Origin: an uncultured bacterium
GTDB lineage: Bacteria > Patescibacteriota > Patescibacteriia > UBA1558 > GWA2-36-10
DNA length: 64,000 nt
NCBI GenBank assembly: GCA_903855135.1
Contig: CAINYB010000001.1
Location: 2,740 to 66,739, forward strand
Reading direction: 5' to 3'
In this document: piece by piece, positions 55,990-64,000 of the stretch
Position numbering within the stretch: the stretch's first letter is position 1
Layout of the letters: every line of letters starts with the position of its first letter
Position numbers and translations under genes: made by a program
The notes under the pieces: model-generated
Told to the model about the DNA's origin: nothing
Database searches by the model: none
Seen by the model: only the letters and a program-made list of their open reading frames with translations

Positions 55990-57348
55990 ATGGCAAACTT
56001 ACAAAAAGTTGCTTTAGTCGGACGCGTCAATGTCGGTAAATCCACTTTATTTAACCGTTTTTTATCAGAAAAAAAAGCGATCACTTCTCACGTTGCTGGT
56101 ACTACCCGCGACCGTAATTATGGTATTTGCTCTTGGGGTGGCGTAGACTTTGAGCTGATCGATACTGGCGGTTTTAATGAAGAAGAAAACTTTATCGACA
56201 AAGAAATCAGCAAACAAATAAGCTTAGGCGTCGCTGAAGCTGACTTAATCATTTTTGTCGCTGACGGCAAAACTGGTATCATGCCTGGTGATCAAGAGAT
56301 TTTGAAAACTCTCAAAAAATTAAAAAAGCCAATTATTTTGGCAGTTAATAAAATAGATAATAACCGCTTACGTTTTAATCTGCCAGATTTTTATCGTCTC
56401 AATGTCGGCGAGCCATACCCTGTTTCAGCTGCTAATGGTGTCGGTAGTGGAGATTTATTAGACGCTGTCATGGCTACTTTGAAAAAAAATAAAAAACCAC
56501 GTTCTGGTAAAAAAATAAAACATGAAGAAGCTAAAATAAAAGTCGCTATCATCGGTCAACCAAATGTCGGCAAATCATCCTTAATCAATTCTTTACTTGG
56601 CCAAAATCGCATGATCGTCTCCGATGTACCACATACTACCCGTGATGCTCAAGATATTGAGCTAAATTATCATGAACAAAAGATTACTTTTATCGACACT
56701 GCCGGCATAAGAAGACAAAGCCATAAAAGTAAAGATGGTTTTGAAACTGAAAGCATCAAACAAAGCTTTAGTAGCTTGACTCGAGCAGATATCGCCTTGT
56801 TTGTCACTGATGTTAATCAAAAAGTAAGCTTTCAAGATAAAAAACTAGCTGACGAAATAGTCAAATCCAATGTCGGTGTGATTATCATCGCTAACAAATG
56901 GGATCTAGTGCCAGAAAAAGATACAGAAACAGCGCAAAAGTATACAGAATATTATTATGGTAATTACCCCTTTTTAAAATGGGCACCGATTCTTTATATT
57001 TCTGCCACCGATAAAACTAATCTCAATAAAATTTTGCCTTTAGTAGTGGAAATTTATCACGAAAAATTCAAAAAAATTGAAGATAACCCACTTAGCAAAT
57101 TCTTAAAAAACATCATCAAAAAACACAAGCCTGCTCGTGGCCGTGGTGTCAATCATCCCTACATCCACACCCTAAAACAAGTTGGCGTCAATCCTCCAAC
57201 TTTTGAAGTAAAGATGAATTTTAAAGCTTATTTGCACTTTTCTTATTTGCGTTTTATTGAAAATAACTTACGTTATAAATTTGGCTTTAAAGGCGTGCCG
57301 ATGAAAATCTACGTCGCCAAATCGCAAAACAAACAAGATATAAATTAA
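55990..57348 (+). CDS. der: ribosome-biogenesis GTPase Der/EngA (tandem GTPase domains + KH-like)
   Basis: Two G1 motifs, GRVNVGKS and GQPNVGKS. Confidence 0.9.
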   Translation: MANLQKVALVGRVNVGKSTLFNRFLSEKKAITSHVAGTTRDRNYGICSWGGVDFELIDTGGFNEEENFIDKEISKQISLGVAEADLIIFVADGKTGIMPGDQEILKTLKKLKKPIILAVNKIDNNRLRFNLPDFYRLNVGEPYPVSAANGVGSGDLLDAVMATLKKNKKPRSGKKIKHEEAKIKVAIIGQPNVGKSSLINSLLGQNRMIVSDVPHTTRDAQDIELNYHEQKITFIDTAGIRRQSHKSKDGFETESIKQSFSSLTRADIALFVTDVNQKVSFQDKKLADEIVKSNVGVIIIANKWDLVPEKDTETAQKYTEYYYGNYPFLKWAPILYISATDKTNLNKILPLVVEIYHEKFKKIEDNPLSKFLKNIIKKHKPARGRGVNHPYIHTLKQVGVNPPTFEVKMNFKAYLHFSYLRFIENNLRYKFGFKGVPMKIYVAKSQNKQDIN

Positions 57349-57353
57349 AATAT

Positions 57354-57914
57354 ATGAAATTAATAATTGGTTTAGGAAATCCCGGTGCTGATTATGAATT
57401 TACTCGCCATAACTTTGGCTATTTAGTAGTCAACAATTTTGCTAAACAAAATAATTTAACCTGGAAAAAACATAAAGATTTGCAAGCAGAAATTACAGAC
57501 CTAAAAATTGGTCAAGAAAAAATCATCTTAGCTAAATCTTTGACCTTTATGAACGAATCCGGTCAAGCGGTTGCTTATTTAAAAAAGTTTTTTAAACTAA
57601 AAAATGAAGATATCATTGTTATCTATGATGATCTAGCTTTTGATTTTGGGACTTTAAAAATAGCTTTTGATAGATCAGCTGGCGGACACAATGGTTTAGA
57701 ATCTATCATCCAATATCTAAAAAACCAAAACTTTATCCGCTTACGTTTAGGCATCGGTCCACAGCTAGGTGTAGCCGAAAAGTTTGTGTTATTAAAATTT
57801 AATGCCACGCAAAAAAAACAGCTTCCTAAAATCTTAGACTTAAGCTGCCAAGCTTTAGAAGACATTATCACTGACGGTTTAGCTAAGGCTACTAGTAAAT
57901 ACAATGCAAGATAA
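57354..57914 (+). CDS. pth: peptidyl-tRNA hydrolase
   Basis: GLGNPG...RHN motif. Confidence 0.9.
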   Translation: MKLIIGLGNPGADYEFTRHNFGYLVVNNFAKQNNLTWKKHKDLQAEITDLKIGQEKIILAKSLTFMNESGQAVAYLKKFFKLKNEDIIVIYDDLAFDFGTLKIAFDRSAGGHNGLESIIQYLKNQNFIRLRLGIGPQLGVAEKFVLLKFNATQKKQLPKILDLSCQALEDIITDGLAKATSKYNAR

Positions 57915-57942
57915 AAAAACTCCGCCTTCAGCGGAGTTTTTA
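57913..57942. terminator. bidirectional terminator aaaaactccgccttcagcggagttttt (serves pth and pepA)
   Basis: Hairpin flanked by A-runs and T-runs. Confidence 0.7.
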
Positions 57943-57944
57943 AA

Positions 57945-59441
57945 TTATTTAAGACTCAACCACTCTAACAATGTCCTGACACCAAAACCAACGCCACCAA
58001 TAGGCGTATAGGCATTTAAAGGCTTTTCGGCATAGGCGGGCCCGGCAATGTCTAGATGAGCCCAAGCCGTATCACCCACGATAAACTCCTGTAAAAATAA
58101 AGCAGCTGTAATAGATCCTCCACCTCTAGCGCTGGCAATATTACGCACATCGGCGACATTGCTTTTATTTAATTCTTTATACTCTGGAGCCAAAGGCATA
58201 CGCCAGATTTTTTCTCCACTGGTATTAGCTGCTTTTAATAAATCTTTAGCTAAATTTTCTTGATTGACATACAAAGCCGCATAGCTAGACCCTAAAGCAA
58301 CGATACAAGCGCCAGTCAAAGTAGCCAAGTCAACTATCGTATCTACTTTTTGCTTTTGGGCATAAGCAAGTGCGTCAGCTAAAGTGACACGACCTTCAGC
58401 GTCAGTATTACCTATCTCTATACTTTTGCCTTGCATATTTTTGACTACGTCGCCAGGCTTAATAGCTTTACCAGAAGGCATGTTTTCACAAGCCGCAATG
58501 ATGCCATGAACTTCTGCTTTGATTTTTAAATCAGTTAAAACACTAAATACTCCCAAAACAGTTGCCGCACCTGCCATATCTATTTTCATATCAGTCATAC
58601 CATCACCGACTTTGATATTTAAACCGCCACTATCAAAAGTAATACCTTTACCAACTAAAGCAATTTTTTCTTTGGCTTTAGTTTTTGGCTGATAAATCAA
58701 ATGAATAAATTTTAATGGCTCTTCTGAACCTTGATCAATACCTAGAAAAGCTCCCATGCCTAATTTTTCCACTTGCTCTTTATCTAAAATCTTAGCCTTG
58801 ATTTGTGGATTAGCTTTAGATATTTTTAAAGCCGTTTCTGCTAAAAAACTTGGCGTCATGATGCTGGCTGGCTCATTTACTAGGTCTCTAGCTAAAATTG
58901 TACTGCTAGCAAATAATAAACCTTGCTCCCAAGCAGTTTTAAAATCTCGTTTTTTACCAAGCTCTAATTCTATACCTAAATCAATGACTACTAATTCTAT
59001 TTTATCTGTATCTGACTTTTTATATTGATTAAAACTATAGTTAGTTAAATGCCAGCTTTCAGCAATAGTTTTAGCTAGTAAACTAATATCACTCGTGCCT
59101 TTGAGCCAAGTTTTAGCGATCAAGGCTACTTTGTTTACTTGATAAGTCTTTAAAAACTTGACTAAATAAGCTGTCAGCTCACGCCAGTTTTCTTGGCTAA
59201 ACTTTTCTTTAGCGCCACAGCCGGCTAAGACCACGGCCAAGTCTTGACTGTGGATCACAAATAATTGGCCAGCTTTGCCACTAAATTTTTCTTTTTGTAA
59301 ACGCCCAAAAAGCTCTTTTTCGTCTTCATAGCCCAAAAAGCTAATCCAAGCTTTAATAGCATTTATATCTTCTAAAACTGGCAAATACAAAAGCTCAAAA
59401 CCTTGCTCGTCTATATCTTTTTGAAAAAATTGTAATTCCAT
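57945..59441 (-). CDS. pepA: leucyl aminopeptidase (M17)
   Basis: NTDAEGRL signature (IGNTDAEGRVTLADAL). Confidence 0.9.
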   Translation of the reverse strand: MELQFFQKDIDEQGFELLYLPVLEDINAIKAWISFLGYEDEKELFGRLQKEKFSGKAGQLFVIHSQDLAVVLAGCGAKEKFSQENWRELTAYLVKFLKTYQVNKVALIAKTWLKGTSDISLLAKTIAESWHLTNYSFNQYKKSDTDKIELVVIDLGIELELGKKRDFKTAWEQGLLFASSTILARDLVNEPASIMTPSFLAETALKISKANPQIKAKILDKEQVEKLGMGAFLGIDQGSEEPLKFIHLIYQPKTKAKEKIALVGKGITFDSGGLNIKVGDGMTDMKIDMAGAATVLGVFSVLTDLKIKAEVHGIIAACENMPSGKAIKPGDVVKNMQGKSIEIGNTDAEGRVTLADALAYAQKQKVDTIVDLATLTGACIVALGSSYAALYVNQENLAKDLLKAANTSGEKIWRMPLAPEYKELNKSNVADVRNIASARGGGSITAALFLQEFIVGDTAWAHLDIAGPAYAEKPLNAYTPIGGVGFGVRTLLEWLSLK

Positions 59442-59560
59442 ATAATTTATATTTATTATTGCCCAATATAACCAATTTCCTCTAAATTAACATGCCTAGC
59501 AAAATAAGGCAAATAATGAATAAGCCCGGCAAGCACTGCTGTGCTTGCCGGGCAAAAAGA

Positions 59561-59839
59561 TCAAGCTCTCAACAAAACACCGGCGTTTAATAAGTGTCTT
59601 GTTTTCAAAATCAAATCTACACGCCCAGATAATTCAGGAAAATTTTGCCCCAAACGCCTAAGTACCCTCTCACTCGTATAGTCAGATCTTATTGCTCTAT
59701 GTAATAATAATCTAGCCGCTTCTTCGTTTCCACGTAAAGCCAATCTCTGCAGAGCAAAATCTGAAGTGTGTAACAAGGTTACTTGTTCCCTTAAACACGG
59801 ATAATCTTCCGCTACCCGTTGCGTGCAAGCGACTGACAT
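59561..59839 (-). CDS. hypothetical 92-aa Arg/Leu/Ala-rich ORF in a locally GC-rich patch; could instead be a non-coding or foreign segment
   Basis: The ORF is compositionally unlike neighbouring K/N/I-rich proteins and sits in a 690-nt gap between pepA and rplA. Confidence 0.25.
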   Translation of the reverse strand: MSVACTQRVAEDYPCLREQVTLLHTSDFALQRLALRGNEEAARLLLHRAIRSDYTSERVLRRLGQNFPELSGRVDLILKTRHLLNAGVLLRA

Positions 59840-60095
59840 AATGCCCCTCCGTCATTTTCTTGCTTGATCAATGTCAAAGAACAAAATCAAAAAGTTGTAG
59901 CACTTCAGGCTACAACTAATATATATCGATTTGAAATTTTCTAAAAAATATTCAATATTAGTTTAGCCTTAAATTACACAAAAAGCCACGAATAATTAAT
60001 TCGAAACTAAAACTAATAATATTGTGTAAATTAAGACCTAACATATTGGTATATATAATTCTATAATAAAAAAATAAAACTTGTCAAATCAAAAA

Positions 60096-60120
60096 TAACC
60101 CCGGCGTATGCCGGGGTTAT
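60096..60120 (-). terminator. rplA terminator hairpin aaccccggcgtatgccggggtt
   Basis: Hairpin with T-run in minus sense. Confidence 0.65.
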
Positions 60121-60134
60121 TTTAAATAATTTCT

Positions 60135-60818
60135 TTAGTTAGCAGAAACTTTGATGCCAGGCCCCATAGAAGAAGCAATGGTCAAAGATTTTAAGTAAGT
60201 ACCTTTGATGGCTTGAGGCTTGGCTTTCTTTAAAGAATCAAGTAATATTTTGAAATTTTCTTCCAAAGCTGATTCTGCAAAAGAAACCTTACCGATCACC
60301 ACATGAATATTGGCAGTGTTATCATTTTTATAAGAAACTTTACCTTTTTTAAGTTCACTGATCATCTTGGTCACATCTTCACCGATAGTACCGGTTTTAG
60401 GATTTGGCATCAAGCCTTTTTGTCCTAAAACTCTAGCGATCACTGATAACTGCTTCATAAAACCTGGTGTAGTCACAGCAATATCAAAATCACATTTACT
60501 GGTTTTTTTGATTTCTTCAATCAAATCTTCATCACCGACGATATCTGCTCCGGCAACTTTAGCTTCTTTGGCTAAATCAGCTGGGACAAAAGCAGCGATT
60601 TTGACAGTTTTACCAGTACCGTGTGGTAAGGAAACTGAATCTCTGACAATCTGATCACCTTTTTTTGGATCAATACCAAGTTTGGCGTGAACCTCTACTG
60701 AAGCATCAAATTTTACATCTGATGTTTCTTTGACTAGTTTGATAGCTTCGCTAATAGTATAAACTTTGTTTTTCTCTACTTTAGCTTGACTAGCTTTTAA
60801 TCTCTTACTTGTTTTCAT
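60135..60818 (-). CDS. rplA: 50S ribosomal protein L1
   Basis: Homology by inspection. Confidence 0.9.
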   Translation of the reverse strand: MKTSKRLKASQAKVEKNKVYTISEAIKLVKETSDVKFDASVEVHAKLGIDPKKGDQIVRDSVSLPHGTGKTVKIAAFVPADLAKEAKVAGADIVGDEDLIEEIKKTSKCDFDIAVTTPGFMKQLSVIARVLGQKGLMPNPKTGTIGEDVTKMISELKKGKVSYKNDNTANIHVVIGKVSFAESALEENFKILLDSLKKAKPQAIKGTYLKSLTIASSMGPGIKVSAN

Positions 60819-60843
60819 ATCTTTTTAGATCCTGAAATTAATT

Positions 60844-60889
60844 CTCCTCGAGTCTGAGCGATCTCGGAGTCGAAGACAGGATGACGAGG
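60844..60889 (-). promoter_or_regulatory. structured hairpin element in the rplK-rplA spacer; homolog of 62305-62380
   Basis: Shares the cgagtctgagcga and agtcgaagacagga cores with the element upstream of secE. Confidence 0.4.
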
Positions 60890-60934
60890 TGCAAACGTAA
60901 ATGGGACTAGCACTTACTCCCTCAAAAATTTTAA

Positions 60935-61360
60935 TTATTCCTCTATTTTGACACCCATTTGACGGGCGGTACCAGCAATAATCTTTTTGGCAGCTTCTAA
61001 ATCTTTAGTGTTTAAGTCTGGCATTTTTTTGGTAGCGATGTCAGCCAATTGAGCTTGGCTTAATTTACCCACTTTTTCTTGTAATGGTTTACCAGAACCT
61101 TTACTCAAAGATAAAGCAGCTTTAATCATTTCCGCAGCTGGAGCTGTCTTTAAAATAAAATCAAAACTACGATCTTCATAAATAGTTAATTCAATCGGCA
61201 CGACTTCACCCATACGGTCTTTGGAAGCGTCATTGAATTTCACACAAAACTCTTGGATATTTACACCGTGTGGTCCTAAAGCAGTACCAACTGGAGGTGC
61301 TGGAGTGGCTTTGCCGCCTTGAATTTGTAATTTTACAACCTGTTTAATTGCTTTTGCCAT
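60935..61360 (-). CDS. rplK: 50S ribosomal protein L11
   Basis: Homology by inspection. Confidence 0.9.
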   Translation of the reverse strand: MAKAIKQVVKLQIQGGKATPAPPVGTALGPHGVNIQEFCVKFNDASKDRMGEVVPIELTIYEDRSFDFILKTAPAAEMIKAALSLSKGSGKPLQEKVGKLSQAQLADIATKKMPDLNTKDLEAAKKIIAGTARQMGVKIEE

Positions 61361-61479
61361 ATAATTTATCTTAGTTAATTTTATACTACTTAGTTTGCCA
61401 TTGCCGACCTGATCGGCAATCTAGCGGCTTAAGGTCGGCTAGATTCCGCAACAAGTTGCGGAATGACTTTATTGAGAAA

Positions 61480-62025
61480 TTAAATCTTTTTAATTTGTAA
61501 AAAGTCTAGCTCGATTGGTGTCTCACGACCAAACATAGAGACCAAGACTTTAGCTTTACCACGAGCTTCATCAACTTCGGAAATCTTACCTTCATAATCT
61601 TTGAATGGTCCGTCAGTGATTTTGACTGATTCACCGACTTCCATATCAACTTTGTATTCTGGCTCTTCAGTGCCCATACGAGACAATAAAGATTGGATTT
61701 CATCTTCAGAAACTGGAGTAGGAGTAGTACCAGAACCGACGAAGCCAGTGACATTTGGCGTATTTCTGACCACATACCAAGAAGCGTCAGTCACAATCAT
61801 ATTGACCAAAACATAGCCAGGAAAAATCTTTTCTCTGGTCATTTTACGTTTACCGCTTTTGATCTTGATCTTGGTTTCAGTCGGAATCAAGATATCAAAA
61901 ATCTTGTCTTCCATATCCATGGACTCTATTCTTTGTTTCAAGTTGCGGGAGACATTTTCTTCATAACCAGAATAAGTATGTAAAACATACCATCTTCTAC
62001 CTTGTTGTGAAGTTTGTTTTGGCAT
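61480..62025 (-). CDS. nusG: transcription antitermination factor NusG
   Basis: NGN domain and KOW. Confidence 0.9.
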   Translation of the reverse strand: MPKQTSQQGRRWYVLHTYSGYEENVSRNLKQRIESMDMEDKIFDILIPTETKIKIKSGKRKMTREKIFPGYVLVNMIVTDASWYVVRNTPNVTGFVGSGTTPTPVSEDEIQSLLSRMGTEEPEYKVDMEVGESVKITDGPFKDYEGKISEVDEARGKAKVLVSMFGRETPIELDFLQIKKI

Positions 62026-62031
62026 AAAATT

Positions 62032-62214
62032 TTATTTAATAAATACTTGTAAAGCTAGGCTCAAAAGAAAGTCGATACCGCCTAAAAAAATCGCTACTGC
62101 CAAAGACACACCAATCACCACTAAAGTGTGGTTAATAGTAGTCTGTCTAGTAGGCCAAGAGACTTTTTTAAGCTCTTCTTTGGACTCTTTTAAGTAATTG
62201 ATAAACTTGTTCAT
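62032..62214 (-). CDS. secE: preprotein translocase SecE
   Basis: 60 aa with a single TM. Confidence 0.85.
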   Translation of the reverse strand: MNKFINYLKESKEELKKVSWPTRQTTINHTLVVIGVSLAVAIFLGGIDFLLSLALQVFIK

Positions 62215-62304
62215 AAAAGGTCTAATAAATAAAGTATTTTAAAACAGCTGGGGCAGAAGCTGTTATAACAAAAAAACTATAGCATAAAAAAATATTAAAG
62301 TCAA

Positions 62305-62380
62305 GCCCGTCCTTCGACTATGCTCTCTTCGAGTCTGAGCGACGAGGTCGCTAGACCTCAGAGTCGAAGACAGGACGGGC
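62305..62380 (-). promoter_or_regulatory. 76-nt long hairpin (gcccgtcc...ggacgggc outer stem) upstream of secE; homolog of the rplA-upstream element
   Basis: Nested inverted repeats: tcttcgactctgag ... ctcagactcgaaga. Confidence 0.4.
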
Positions 62381-62387
62381 CTTGCTA

Positions 62388-64000
<1,613 letters not shown>

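Noticed and set aside
62305-62380. Possible tRNA (tRNA-Trp commonly precedes secE) in the 76-nt GC-rich segment
   Set aside because: The 8-bp terminal complementarity is present. However, there is no D-loop (AGCnnGG) or T-loop (GTTCGA) consensus and no cloverleaf arms. It is better explained as a long hairpin homologous to the rplA-upstream element.

Overview
The window is a compact, AT-rich (~35% GC), standard-genetic-code bacterial genome segment; TGA stops are used and prfB/RF2 is present. Its character is strongly reminiscent of a Candidate Phyla Radiation (Patescibacteria) organism. Genes are short and tightly packed, with frequent ATGA overlaps. The str-S10-spc-alpha ribosomal super-operon has no L30 and a Z-type S14, and several r-proteins carry extensions. 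Many surface and secreted proteins are present and biosynthetic capacity is small. Almost everything is on the minus strand. Core content is rpsL-rpsG-fusA, a 4.6-kb insertion, tuf-rpsJ-rplCDWB-rpsS-rplV-rpsC-rplP-rpmC-rpsQ-rplNXE-rpsZ-rpsH-rplFR-rpsE-rplO-secY-adk-map-ruvX-wecA-like, the ftsA-ftsZ-nrdR division cluster, secE-nusG-rplK-rplA, and a partial gyrB. Housekeeping genes present are purA, ndk, hisS, lepB, der, pth, pepA, prfB, ybeY and dgkA. The most unusual locus is 40.3-51.2 kb. Two adjacent secreted proteins of 2457 aa and 524 aa share a nearly identical N-terminal module: a signal peptide followed by a two-helix hairpin that strongly resembles VirB2/TrbC type-IV-secretion pilins. 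In the giant protein this module is fused to IPT/TIG, FN3, Myxococcus-type cysteine-rich repeats and a DUF1554-like C-terminal domain. Two TSP3-like calcium-binding single-pass membrane proteins sit immediately before them. A family of about 100-nt GC-rich three-way-junction palindromic elements (6 copies, 2 subfamilies) and a 16-bp REP-like palindrome family punctuate intergenic regions. These repeats bracket a DUF559 endonuclease gene inside the non-ribosomal insertion between fusA and tuf. Other notable points: a duplicated coiled-coil gene with a 21-bp VNTR flanking a 6.9-kb comEC-purA segment; a split ComEC; a ~300-nt structured purA leader; a terminator-like hairpin between rpsJ and rplC; paired homologous hairpins upstream of rplA and secE; and two GC-atypical patches. 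No rRNA, tRNA or CRISPR array was recognised.
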